Assembly: GCA_041690395.1 (NCBI GenBank)
Contig: JAWLHJ010000002.1
Span: forward strand, 420,707-484,706
Length of the DNA: 64,000 nt
Source: Longimicrobiales bacterium
GTDB taxonomy: Bacteria > Gemmatimonadota > Gemmatimonadetes > Longimicrobiales > Gaopeijiaceae
Direction: 5' to 3'
The position numbers and the translations under genes are program-made. Under the pieces are notes generated by a model. It worked only from the letters and a program-made list of their open reading frames with translations. It searched no databases and was not told the origin of the DNA. This document shows positions 1 to 8,906 of this stretch, one piece after another. Each line of letters opens with the position of its first letter. Positions within the stretch are counted from its first letter, which is position 1.

Positions 1-1568
1 GCTTCCTCAACGGACTCGGGCAGGCGCTCAGCTACGCCGGCATCAACATCTATCAGTACTTCCCCGGCATGCGGTCGTACTATCAGGGCCTGACCGTCCA
101 TGGGGTGCTGAACGCGATCGTGTTCACGTTCTCCTTCGCCAACGGCTTCCTGGCGCTGACGACCGCCCGCGCCCTGGGACGGCCCTTGAACGGAAAGCTG
201 CTCTGGGCGACGCTCGCGATCACGCTCCTCGGCACCGGGCTCGCCGGCTACGCCATGGTGACCGGACAAGCATCGGTCCTGTACACGTTCTACCCGCCCC
301 TCCAGGCCCACTGGACCTACTACCTCGGGCTCGCCCTGCTGGTCGTCGGGACCTGGGTGCTCTCCGCGGCGCTCTTTCTCGGCCTCTCCAAGTGGCGGAA
401 GGAGCACCCGGGCTCGCGCATCCCGCTGCTGGCATTCGTCTCCGTCGCGACCTACGTGATGTGGGACATCGCTTCGCTGGGCATCGCGGTGGAGGTCGTG
501 GGCTTCCTCCTCCCTTGGTCTCTCGGGCTGCTGGACGGCACCGACCCACTCCTGAGCCGCACGCTGTTCTGGTTCACCGGTCACCCCATCGTGTACTTCT
601 GGCTGCTTCCGGCGTACGTGTCGTGGTACTGCATGGTGCCGAAGCATGCCGGCGGCACGCTGTTCAGCGACACGCTCACGCGCACGGTGTTCGTGATGTT
701 CCTGGCCCTCTCCATCCCCGTGGGCTTCCATCACCAGTACACGGATCCGGGGATCCAAGGTGGGTTCAAGGCGGTTCACGCGGTGCTCACGTTCGGCGTG
801 CTCTACCCGTCGCTGGTGACCGCATTCTCGGTGATGTGGGCGCTGGAGATCGGGGCCAGACGAAGAGGCGGAACGGGCCTCATCCGATGGTTCGGCGCTC
901 TGGACTGGCGTGACCCCGTGCTGGTCACCCAGATCCTGGCCATGATGACCTTTCTGCTGGGTGGCATCACGGGGCTCATCAACGCGTCGTTCAACATGAA
1001 CCTCATCGTCCACAACACGGCCTGGGTGCCCGGCCACTTCCACATGACCGTCGGCTCGGCAGTGGCCATGTCGTTCATGGGGATCGCGTTCTGGATGATC
1101 CCCTACCTGACGGGGCGCGAGCTACTCGGCCGGAAGCTGGCCCTCGCCCAGGCATGGGTGTACTTCGTCGGCGTGATGATCTTCGCCCGGGGCATGATCC
1201 AGGGCGGGCTCGACGGCATGCCGCGGCGCACGGCCATGGTGGACGCGCCCTATCGCGACCTCGTTCCGGAATGGGAGCTCGCGGGCATCCTCACCGGCAT
1301 CGGCGGATCGCTGATGTTCCTGGGCGCCGTGCTCTTCTTCATCGTGTTCCTGGGAACGATCTTCTTCGGCAAGAAGAAGGACGGCTACGGGGACATTCCG
1401 TTCACCGAGACCGTGGAGCCCCCAGCCACGGAAGGGTGGGCCACAAGGCTGGACCATTTCCGGCTCTGGATCGCCATCACCGTGATCCTGATCCTGGTGG
1501 CGTATGGGCCGTTCCTGTTCGAGTACCTGCCACCCAGGCTGACGAGCCCGGCGTGGCGGATCTTCTGA
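1..1568 (+). CDS. cbaA: ba3-type (B-family) heme-copper oxidase subunit I, 5' end outside window
   Basis: Frame open from nt 3. Motifs YYQGLTVHGVLNAIVFT, LFWFTGHPIVYFWLLPAY (CuB His-Tyr), GFHHQY and WVPGHFH match Thermus ba3 CbaA; many TM helices. Confidence 0.93.
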   Translation, partial: FLNGLGQALSYAGINIYQYFPGMRSYYQGLTVHGVLNAIVFTFSFANGFLALTTARALGRPLNGKLLWATLAITLLGTGLAGYAMVTGQASVLYTFYPPLQAHWTYYLGLALLVVGTWVLSAALFLGLSKWRKEHPGSRIPLLAFVSVATYVMWDIASLGIAVEVVGFLLPWSLGLLDGTDPLLSRTLFWFTGHPIVYFWLLPAYVSWYCMVPKHAGGTLFSDTLTRTVFVMFLALSIPVGFHHQYTDPGIQGGFKAVHAVLTFGVLYPSLVTAFSVMWALEIGARRRGGTGLIRWFGALDWRDPVLVTQILAMMTFLLGGITGLINASFNMNLIVHNTAWVPGHFHMTVGSAVAMSFMGIAFWMIPYLTGRELLGRKLALAQAWVYFVGVMIFARGMIQGGLDGMPRRTAMVDAPYRDLVPEWELAGILTGIGGSLMFLGAVLFFIVFLGTIFFGKKKDGYGDIPFTETVEPPATEGWATRLDHFRLWIAITVILILVAYGPFLFEYLPPRLTSPAWRIF

Positions 1569-1570
1569 GC

Positions 1571-2074
1571 TCAGCGGCCGAGCACGCGCTCCACGGCACC
1601 CATGAGGTCCTGATCGGCCCCGACGCCGGTGTAGGCCACCTTCCCTTCCGCGTCGAGCAGCACCACCACCGCGGTGGTCGGCGCCTGGTAGGCCCGCACC
1701 GCCGCGCCGCGCGCGTCGTACAGGAACGGATAATCGTGCCCGGCATCCGCGATGTGTCGCTGCACCCGGCGCACGCTCTGCGCCACGGCCACCGCGACAG
1801 CCACGACCGTCACGTCGTCTCCGTGCATCGCCTGGACCCGGTCGATCTCGGGCTGGAGCGCCTCGCACTGCTCGCACCAGGTCGCCCAGAACTCGATGAG
1901 CGCGGGCTTGCCGTCGATGACGTCGAGGAGCGCCACCTCATTGCCCTCGAGGTCCTCGAGCGTCACGGCCGGCGCCTGCGTCCCGATGGGGAGCGACACC
2001 GACTGCGCGGCGGCGTCGCGGGCCGTCGGGAGGAGCACGGACAGGACGGTGAGGAGGGAGAGCAGGCTTCGCAT
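1571..2074 (-). CDS. TlpA/ResA-family exported thiol-disulfide oxidoreductase
   Basis: Signal peptide, FWATWCEQC CxxC motif, YQAPTT-type cis-Pro region. Confidence 0.9.
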   Translation of the reverse strand: MRSLLSLLTVLSVLLPTARDAAAQSVSLPIGTQAPAVTLEDLEGNEVALLDVIDGKPALIEFWATWCEQCEALQPEIDRVQAMHGDDVTVVAVAVAVAQSVRRVQRHIADAGHDYPFLYDARGAAVRAYQAPTTAVVVLLDAEGKVAYTGVGADQDLMGAVERVLGR

Positions 2075-2127
2075 ATGAGACTCCGGTCAGTGGCGCCGGG
2101 AGGGGTGAGCGCCCGGGGCGGTCAGAA

Positions 2128-2859
2128 TCAGAAGTTGTATCCGGCCAGCACGAAGTAATACTCCGCCATGCCGATCATGATCACCGCGGCGATCCGCTTG
2201 ACCCAGATCATCCACTTCCCCGAACTCGGGAGAAGCGTCACGGTTCCCGAGAAGAGCCCCACCGCGACGAGCAGCGCCGTCATCCCCAGCGAGAACACGA
2301 AGAGGTAGACGAACCCCATGAGGCCGGCCTGCGTGGCCGCCACCCAGGTGAGGACGACAGCGAACGCGGGCGCGCCGCAGGGTGCGGCCACGACACCGGA
2401 CATCGCGCCCATGACGAAGACCGCGCCGTAGGAGCCGCCTTCGGTCTGCGAGGCCTTCTCCAGCCACTTTCTCGGCACCGGTACCGGCAGCACGTCGAGC
2501 ATGGCCAGAGCGAAGAGGATCAGCAGGTTGCCGATCGCGAGGAGGGCCCAGGGGCTCGCGCTGACCGTCCCGAAGAGCTGGCCGGTCAAGCCGGCGAGCG
2601 CACCGAGGAACGCGTAGAGCGTGGCGAGTCCGACCGCGTAGGTCAGGGTGAGCGCGACGGTGCGCGACTTCGGCTGGTCCTCCCGCGACGTCCCCGCGAT
2701 CACCGCGGCGGTGATGGGGATCATCGGATAGACGCACGGCGTGAGACTCGTCAGCAGCCCCGCGCCGAACATCGCGCCGAGCGCGAGGAGAGGGCTGGAC
2801 GAGAGGGCCTGGCTGAGGCCGCCCGCCGGCTCGATCTGCAGAAAAGCGAAGAGTTCCAC
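2128..2859 (-). CDS. ccdA: CcdA/DsbD transmembrane disulfide-reductant transporter (cytochrome c biogenesis)
   Basis: SLTPCVYPMIP and AAPCGAP Cys motifs, about 6 TM helices. Start moved to GTG at 2859 (uncertain). Confidence 0.85.
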   Translation of the reverse strand: MELFAFLQIEPAGGLSQALSSSPLLALGAMFGAGLLTSLTPCVYPMIPITAAVIAGTSREDQPKSRTVALTLTYAVGLATLYAFLGALAGLTGQLFGTVSASPWALLAIGNLLILFALAMLDVLPVPVPRKWLEKASQTEGGSYGAVFVMGAMSGVVAAPCGAPAFAVVLTWVAATQAGLMGFVYLFVFSLGMTALLVAVGLFSGTVTLLPSSGKWMIWVKRIAAVIMIGMAEYYFVLAGYNF

Positions 2860-3005
2860 GGGTTCCGGGTCGGTGGGATCGTCGGTCGTGCAAACACCCG
2901 GCCGGTGCGCCGGGTTCCCGCGCAACATCCCACGGGTCACGCGCCGCCGCCAGCACCGCGGTATATTCTCCACTCCTCGTCCGCGATCCCTCTCCCCCAT
3001 CTCCG

Positions 3006-3650
3006 ATGGACACGCACGACACTCCGCACCCGCACCGGGGACGCAGGCTGCGCACACGTATGGCCTCCGGCCTGGTCGTGCTGATCCCCCTCGTGGTGAC
3101 GGTCGCGGTCATCCGCTTCCTGTTCGGATTCACGTCGGGGATCCTGCTGCCGATCATCGACCCCGCGGTGGGGGACTGGCCGCCCATGTGGCGGGCCCTC
3201 CTGTCGCTCACGGTGCTTCTGGCCGCGATCTACATCCTCGGCGAGATCGCGCACCACGTGGTGGGCCGGCGCGTGCTGGGGGTCGGCGAGGCGATCGTGA
3301 TGCGCGTCCCCTTCGTCAAGGTCATCTACTCGGCCTCCAAGCAGGTCGTGGCGGCGTTCCAGGGGCGCGGGACGAGGGCGTTCCAGTCCGTGGTCTTCGT
3401 TGAGCATCCACGTCCGGGGATGCGCGCGATCGGCTTCGTCACGTCGACGACGCGCCGCGAGGACGGACAGCTCTGGAGCACCGTCTTCATCCCGACGACG
3501 CCGAACCCCACGACGGGCTTCCTCCAGCTCGTGAGGGAGGAGGATCTCATCCGCACGAGCTACTCCGTCGAGGACGGCATCAAGATGGTGATGTCGCTGG
3601 GCGTGCTCCTGCCCCGGACGGGCGAAACGGGTCCCAGGCCGACGCCGTAG
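3006..3650 (+). CDS. DUF502-family membrane protein
   Basis: Two N-terminal TMs, VPFVKVIYSASKQ and FIPTTPNPTTGFL motifs. Confidence 0.88.
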   Translation: MDTHDTPHPHRGRRLRTRMASGLVVLIPLVVTVAVIRFLFGFTSGILLPIIDPAVGDWPPMWRALLSLTVLLAAIYILGEIAHHVVGRRVLGVGEAIVMRVPFVKVIYSASKQVVAAFQGRGTRAFQSVVFVEHPRPGMRAIGFVTSTTRREDGQLWSTVFIPTTPNPTTGFLQLVREEDLIRTSYSVEDGIKMVMSLGVLLPRTGETGPRPTP

Positions 3651-3699
3651 GGGAGCTTGCCGTATTGGCGCTCGCCCGACGTTTCCTCACTTTCGATGC

Positions 3700-4764
3700 A
3701 TGCTTCGATTCCAACGCACGACCCTGACCCTCGCCACGCTCGGGGCGGTCGCATGCGGGCCGGAGAGCCCGCCGGCCGTCTCCGTCGACGGCGTCGCCTT
3801 CTCCGAGGAGCAGCTCCTCGGCGTATCCGACGATCGCCGTGAGGCGCTCGCCTATCTCACCGCGTTCGGCCTCGCCGTGGCCGACTCGTCGACCGCCGAC
3901 CTGGGGCGACCGCTCATCGAGGAGTGGGCCGACGACCGCCGCCTCGAGACACTCGGGGCGGAGCTCGTCCTGGAGGACCGGGGCGTGGGCGACGACATGC
4001 TCGGGTCCCGCTACCTCACCGACCCCGAGTGGGAGCTGACGGTTCGGCACATCCTCTTCTTCAGCGAGCGCTGGCGATCCGCCCAGCACCGCGCCGAGGC
4101 GGAGGCCAAGGCCGAGCGGGCGATCGAGCGGCTCGAGGGCGGTGCCGACTTCGCCGTGACCGCCGCCGAGCTGTCCGAGGAGCCCGGGGCCGAAGGGCGC
4201 GAGGGGCTGCTCACCCCCGGTCGCGAGGGCTCCTGGGTCCCCGAGTTCTGGGCCGCGGCGCTGGCCTTGGAGCCGGGCGAGATCAGCCCGGTGACCGAGA
4301 CCCAGTACGGATACCACATCCTCCGGCTGGAGGACCGCGAGGTGGTCCCGTTCGAGGAAGCGCGTGCGACCGTCGCTCGTGAGGTTGCTCGTCAGATCGC
4401 GGACCCCATGGAAGCGCTCGAGGCCTGGCTCGACGAACGAGGGCTCACGGGCGACGAGGAGCGGCGCGCCGCCGCGCTGGCGGAGGCCGATGCACGGGGG
4501 ATCACCGCGACGGACGCTGAGCGGGCCGAGCTCGAGCGGCGCTGGGACGACCTGGTCTACCGATGGACGGCCACGTTCGGCTTCCGCTACGGCGTGACGC
4601 CGGAGCAGGTCGGCCAGGCCGCGCTGGCCGCGCTCGCCCAGTCGGGCCAGAACGCGGGCATCGCGCGCTCCGAGCTGCAGGGCCACGCCCGTCTGTTCGA
4701 GCGCCGGCACGACATCCGCCTGACCTCGACCGATGAGCAGCCCCCGGAGCCCGAATCGCCTTGA
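3700..4764 (+). CDS. Parvulin (PpiC-type) peptidyl-prolyl isomerase, probable lipoprotein
   Basis: Lipobox-like AVAC, VRHILF, FAVTAAELSEEPG and ISPVTETQYGYHILRL. Confidence 0.85.
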   Translation: MLRFQRTTLTLATLGAVACGPESPPAVSVDGVAFSEEQLLGVSDDRREALAYLTAFGLAVADSSTADLGRPLIEEWADDRRLETLGAELVLEDRGVGDDMLGSRYLTDPEWELTVRHILFFSERWRSAQHRAEAEAKAERAIERLEGGADFAVTAAELSEEPGAEGREGLLTPGREGSWVPEFWAAALALEPGEISPVTETQYGYHILRLEDREVVPFEEARATVAREVARQIADPMEALEAWLDERGLTGDEERRAAALAEADARGITATDAERAELERRWDDLVYRWTATFGFRYGVTPEQVGQAALAALAQSGQNAGIARSELQGHARLFERRHDIRLTSTDEQPPEPESP

Positions 4765-5432
4765 ATCGCTCCAGCAAGCGGAAGCTTCGGTTCCTCGCGG
4801 TGTTCGGGGCGTTCTTCACCGCGCTCTGGTTCCTCTGGAACACGCCGGTCGTGTATCCGCTGAAGATCTTCGTGGTCCTCCTCCACGAGCTCAGCCACGC
4901 CGGCGCGTCGTTGGCGACGGGCGGCAGCATCCAGCGGATCGAGCTCGACCCCTATCAGGGCGGCGCCTGCTACTGCCCGGGCGGCAATGCCTTCCTCGTG
5001 CTGAGCGCGGGCTATCTCGGCAGCCTCGCCTGGGGCGGCGCGATGTTCGCCGCCGCCCGGACGCGGCGCGTCCGGACGGACCTCGTGAACACGGGGATCG
5101 CCGTGGTCGTGGTGCTGGCGACGCTCCTGTACGTGAGGAGCCCGTTCGGTGTCGGATTCGGCCTGCTGTTCGGGCTGGTCCTGTTATGGGTCGCCCAACG
5201 AGCCGGCAGCGGGGTCAACCGCGGCATCCTGCTCACCCTGGGCCTCACCAGCAGCCTGTACGCGATCCTCGACATCAAGAGCGACGTGCTCGACCGGCCG
5301 GGGCTCCGCTCCGACGCCGCCATGCTCGCCGAGATCACCGGGGTGCCGACCGTCGTGTGGGGAGTGCTCTGGATCACCGTGGCGATCGCGTTCAGCGCGC
5401 GGCTGCTCTGGAGGGCGTACCGCACCGCTTGA
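4761..5432 (+). CDS. M50B-like intramembrane metallopeptidase
   Basis: LHELSHA (HExxH), AGYLG and SDA motifs, multiple TMs; TTG start overlaps upstream stop. Confidence 0.85.
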   Translation: MNRSSKRKLRFLAVFGAFFTALWFLWNTPVVYPLKIFVVLLHELSHAGASLATGGSIQRIELDPYQGGACYCPGGNAFLVLSAGYLGSLAWGGAMFAAARTRRVRTDLVNTGIAVVVVLATLLYVRSPFGVGFGLLFGLVLLWVAQRAGSGVNRGILLTLGLTSSLYAILDIKSDVLDRPGLRSDAAMLAEITGVPTVVWGVLWITVAIAFSARLLWRAYRTA

Positions 5433-5540
5433 CCGCTGACGGTCGGTCCACAGCGGCGGGCAAGATGCGATCCGCGGCCACGAGATGTCGTGCCGCCCGA
5501 GCCTCGAGACACTACCCATCGTGCCCGACGCACGTGGGGC

Positions 5541-5570
5541 TTGCATTCGTCGGCCGAAGGCTTTTATCAT
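5541..5570 (+). promoter_or_regulatory. Sigma70-like promoter TTGCAT-N18-TATCAT
   Basis: AT-rich hexamers at 5541-5546 and 5565-5570 in a 530-bp intergenic region. Confidence 0.6.
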
Positions 5571-5699
5571 GGCTCTGTCCGAGACCGATACGTCTTCGGA
5601 TGGGCCCCGGTGGGTTCCGACAGGAGCGCACCCGGTGGACCGAGAGCTCACGCTCTCCGGTGCTCAGCCCGATGTCGACCCGCAAAAAGGAGGTGATCC

Positions 5700-5762
5700 T
5701 TGTCTAGTCCGAGTACCCTGTCCAACCTGGCACGGGCAAGCGATCGCCGGATCGGCTTCTGA
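5700..5762 (+). CDS. Putative small ORF, 20 aa (MSSPSTLSNLARASDRRIGF), TTG start
   Basis: Directly preceded by AAAGGAGGTGATCC (5686-5699), with GGAGG 6 nt from TTG; has its own promoter and terminator. Confidence 0.55.
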   Translation: MSSPSTLSNLARASDRRIGF

Positions 5763-5833
5763 AGTCGGACCGTAGATTCATGTAGTTCGCTGTTCGCGCC
5801 GTACCTGGCCATCGCGCTGGGTTGCGACAGTTC

Positions 5834-5874
5834 GGACGCCGTCGGGGCAGCAAGCCCGGCGGCGTCTTTCGTTT
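5834..5874 (+). terminator. Intrinsic terminator
   Basis: GACGCCGTCGGG/CCCGGCGGCGTC stem (one G-U pair) followed by TTTCGTTT. Confidence 0.75.
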
Positions 5875-5963
5875 ATACGTGGGGTGCGCCAGGACGTGGC
5901 GACCGACGGTCGGCTCATCCTGGCTCGTCGAACCCAACAACGGGCCACCGGGTAAGGTTCCAC

Positions 5964-6797
5964 ATGCGCATCGTATCGCTCGCCTGCTCGAACACCGAGA
6001 TCGTCTGCGCCCTGGGATGTGAGCATCTGCTCGTGGGCGTCGACGACCACTCCGACTACCCCCCGGAGGTCGTGGGTCCGCTCCCGAAGGTCGGCCCCGA
6101 CCTGGAGATCGACGTCGACAAGGTCGCGGCGCTCGAGCCCGACCTGGTGCTCGCCACGCTGACCGTGCCCGGTCACGAGAAGGTTGTCGAACGGTTGGAA
6201 GCCGCGGGGCTGCCCTACATCGCACCCGAGCCCGTGTCCCTCGAGGACGTGTACCGCGACATCCGGGACATCGGAGGCCGTCTCGGCGTTCCGGAATGTG
6301 CCGAAGCGCTCGTCCGCGAGATGCGCGCCGAGCTCGGGACGGGCGCCCGAGACGGGGCGATGGGCGACGCCGAGGTCCGCGCCGGGAACGGTCCGTCCGC
6401 GACCGACGACGATCAGCACCGGCCGACGATCCTGATCCAGTGGTGGCCGAAGCCCGTCATCACTCCCGGGAAACAGAGCTGGGCGACCGACGTCATCGAG
6501 GCAGCCGGGGGGCGCGCGGTCCTGGCCGGCGAGAACCTCAAGAGCCGCCCGATGACCGACGAGGAGGTGGCCGAGCGGGCGCCCGACGCGGTCGTGCTCT
6601 CCTGGTGCGGTGTGCATCCCGACAAGTATCGGCCGGACGTGGTGCTCCGGAACGAGGCGTGGCGGGACCTGTCGTTCGTGAAGGACGGGCGCGTGTTCTG
6701 CATCGGGGAGCCCTATCTCGGCCGCCCGGGTCCCCGTCTCGTCGAGGGCGTGCGCCGCATGCGTGAGGTCGTCCGGGAGCTACGGGCGCGGGACTGA
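5964..6797 (+). CDS. BtuF/YvrC-like (TroA-superfamily) cobalamin/metal-complex binding protein
   Basis: MRIVSLACSNTEIVCALG, LVGVDDHSDYP, ALEPDLVL and RPGPRLVEG motifs. Confidence 0.85.
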   Translation: MRIVSLACSNTEIVCALGCEHLLVGVDDHSDYPPEVVGPLPKVGPDLEIDVDKVAALEPDLVLATLTVPGHEKVVERLEAAGLPYIAPEPVSLEDVYRDIRDIGGRLGVPECAEALVREMRAELGTGARDGAMGDAEVRAGNGPSATDDDQHRPTILIQWWPKPVITPGKQSWATDVIEAAGGRAVLAGENLKSRPMTDEEVAERAPDAVVLSWCGVHPDKYRPDVVLRNEAWRDLSFVKDGRVFCIGEPYLGRPGPRLVEGVRRMREVVRELRARD

Positions 6798-6847
6798 GGT
6801 CGCGCCCTCCCGGACGGGCACCGATCCGGGCCTTCCGGGCGGGACCG

Positions 6848-6889
6848 TTGACGGATCTCCTCGGGTCTTTGTATCATACAAACGTATGA
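6848..6889 (+). promoter_or_regulatory. Promoter TTGACG-N18-TATCAT with overlapping inverted repeat TCATAC-AAAC-GTATGA (candidate TetR operator)
   Basis: -35 at 6848-6853, -10 at 6872-6877; palindrome 6874-6889 covers the TetR ATG at 6886. Confidence 0.7.
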
Positions 6890-7560
6890 ATGAATCAACG
6901 ACCGACTCACGTGGCCCCGACGGCGGGGCAACCGATGACACGCGCAGCGTGCTCATCGAGGCCGGGCGAGACCTGTTCGTGACGAAGGGGTTCGACGGTG
7001 CTTCGGTGCGTGCCATCACCGAGCGTGCGGGGGCGAACCTCGGGTCCATCACCTACCACTTCGGGTCGAAGCTCGAGCTTTACCATGCCGTCCTGGAGTC
7101 GGAGCTCGGTCCCCTCGCGGACCGGGTGGTCGCCGCGGGAACGGATGACGGCCCGGCCATCGACCGGATGGCCGCCGTCGTCGAGGCGTACTTCCGCCAC
7201 CTGGAGGAGCACCCCCACCTCCCCCGCTTGATGCTTCAGGAGATCGCCGCGGGAAAGCCTCCGCCTCCGGTGGTCGCGCACACCCTGAAGCGGGTGATGG
7301 GGACGCTCGCGCTCCTGCAACAGGAAGGGGCCGCCGACGGGACCGTGCGCCCCGGGCACCCCATCCTCACCGCGCTGAGTGTGGTGGCGCAGCCGATCTA
7401 CATGACCCTCGTCTCGCCCCTGCTCAACGCGTTCGCGGGTCTGGACCTCGAAGACCAGGCGACCCGCGCGGCAGCCGTGGCTCACTCGATCGCCTTCGTC
7501 CGGGGCGGGCTCTCGCCGACCGCCCGCACCGATGACAAGACCGTGGAGAAGGAACGATGA
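6886..7560 (+). CDS. TetR/AcrR-family regulator (CecR/YbiH-like context)
   Basis: HTH GFDGASVRAITERAGANLGSITYHFGSKLELY; heads the efflux operon. Confidence 0.92.
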   Translation: MNESTTDSRGPDGGATDDTRSVLIEAGRDLFVTKGFDGASVRAITERAGANLGSITYHFGSKLELYHAVLESELGPLADRVVAAGTDDGPAIDRMAAVVEAYFRHLEEHPHLPRLMLQEIAAGKPPPPVVAHTLKRVMGTLALLQQEGAADGTVRPGHPILTALSVVAQPIYMTLVSPLLNAFAGLDLEDQATRAAAVAHSIAFVRGGLSPTARTDDKTVEKER

Positions 7561-8906
7561 ACGTCACCGAATGGCGCCTGGCGGGCGCGATATCCCTGGG
7601 ACTCGCGGCCCTGTGCACTCCGGCCGCGGCCTCCGGCCAAGCCGCCCCGCTCACGCTGAGCGACGCCGCCGTCGCCGCCCTCGAGTCGGACCCGACCCTC
7701 GCGGCCGCCCTGGCCCGGGAGGAAGCCGCTGGAGCGGATGTTCAACGCGCCGGCGCGGCCCGCCTCCCGAGCCTCGCCCTGGAAGGCGCCGTCACCCGGT
7801 TCCAGGAGCCGATGGTGGTCGCTCCCCTCCACAGCTTCGACCCTTCGAGCCCGCCGCGCTTCGACCAGGGGCTGGTGCAAGGCGCCGCCCGACTACGGTA
7901 CACGGCGTTCGACGGGGGGCGCATCGGCTCGAGCGTCCGGGCGGCCCGATCGGCCCGAGACGCGACGGAGGCTCGCACCGCGACGAGGCGCATGGACATC
8001 CTGGAGCGCGTGACCGATGCCTACCTGGGGGTCCTCGGCGCGAGGGCGCACCGCGACGCGGCGGCACGGCAGATCGCGGCGCTCGAGGCCGAGCATGACC
8101 GGGCCCGACAGCGTGTCGAAACCGGGAGCGCCGCGGAGGTCGAGTTGCTCCGTGCCTCGGCGGCCCTGGAAGAGGCTCGCGCGGCCACCATCAGCGCCCG
8201 GACCCGCACGGAGCTGGCGGAACGCTCCCTCGCCCGTGCCATGGGCGTCGATCCGTCCGAAGTCGTCGGAGCGCCCCTCGCGGAGATCGACGCAGGGGAG
8301 CGGGTCACCGACGAGACGGGGGCGACCCCTGCTGCGCCGGTCGGCCATCCCGACCTGGAAGCCGCCGCGGCGTACGAGCGCGCGGCGGGTGAGCGGCTCG
8401 ACGGCGAGAGGGCCGCGCGGCTCCCGCGCCTGGACCTGACGGCCGCGATGCTGGACTACGGCACCTGGAGCGGCGGTCACGCCGCGGAGTGGCAGGTCGG
8501 CGTCGCCGTCTCATGGCCGCTCTTCACCGGAGGGGCCCGGTCCGCGCTGATCCGACGGACCGAGGCCGAGCTCTCGGCCGCGCGTCGGGAGACGGAAGCC
8601 GTCACGCGTTCCATCGACGCCGCCATCGACGCGGCGAGGTCCGCCATCATCGAAGCGGATGCCCGGACCGAAGCGCTCGACGCCTCCGTCAGCCAGTGGA
8701 CCGAGGTCGCGCGCATCGAGGCCCTCGCCCTCGAGACAGGGGCCGGAACCCAGAGCGACCTGCTGACGGCCGAAGCCAGCCTCTTCCGTGCGAGAGCCGG
8801 GTTGGCGGATGCCACGTATGCGAGGCTCCTCGCGCGAGTCCGGCTCGCGAGGGCGCTGGGACGACTCGACCTGGATTGGCTGCAGCGGACCCTGGAGGTG
8901 GAATGA
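7557..8906 (+). CDS. TolC-family outer membrane efflux protein
   Basis: Signal peptide, two OEP-like halves (LPSLAL, LPRLDL, VSWPLFTGG); ATGA overlap with tetR. Confidence 0.9.
   Translation: MNVTEWRLAGAISLGLAALCTPAAASGQAAPLTLSDAAVAALESDPTLAAALAREEAAGADVQRAGAARLPSLALEGAVTRFQEPMVVAPLHSFDPSSPPRFDQGLVQGAARLRYTAFDGGRIGSSVRAARSARDATEARTATRRMDILERVTDAYLGVLGARAHRDAAARQIAALEAEHDRARQRVETGSAAEVELLRASAALEEARAATISARTRTELAERSLARAMGVDPSEVVGAPLAEIDAGERVTDETGATPAAPVGHPDLEAAAAYERAAGERLDGERAARLPRLDLTAAMLDYGTWSGGHAAEWQVGVAVSWPLFTGGARSALIRRTEAELSAARRETEAVTRSIDAAIDAARSAIIEADARTEALDASVSQWTEVARIEALALETGAGTQSDLLTAEASLFRARAGLADATYARLLARVRLARALGRLDLDWLQRTLEVE

Noticed and set aside
5686..5699. 16S rRNA gene fragment (GGATCACCTCCTTT on the minus strand)
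   Set aside because: Only the terminal 14 nt match; adjacent sequence lacks helix 45 (GTAACC...GCGGYTGGATC). Interpreted as an extended SD instead.
5577..5960. Cobalamin riboswitch, tmRNA or 6S RNA upstream of the BtuF-like gene
   Set aside because: No B12-box (GGGAA...GCCCCCGCAACTGT...AGACCTGCC). GGGTTCCGAC loosely resembles the tmRNA 5' end, but there is no T-loop/CCA 3' end or tag peptide, and no long 6S-like rod was evident. An Rfam scan is still needed.
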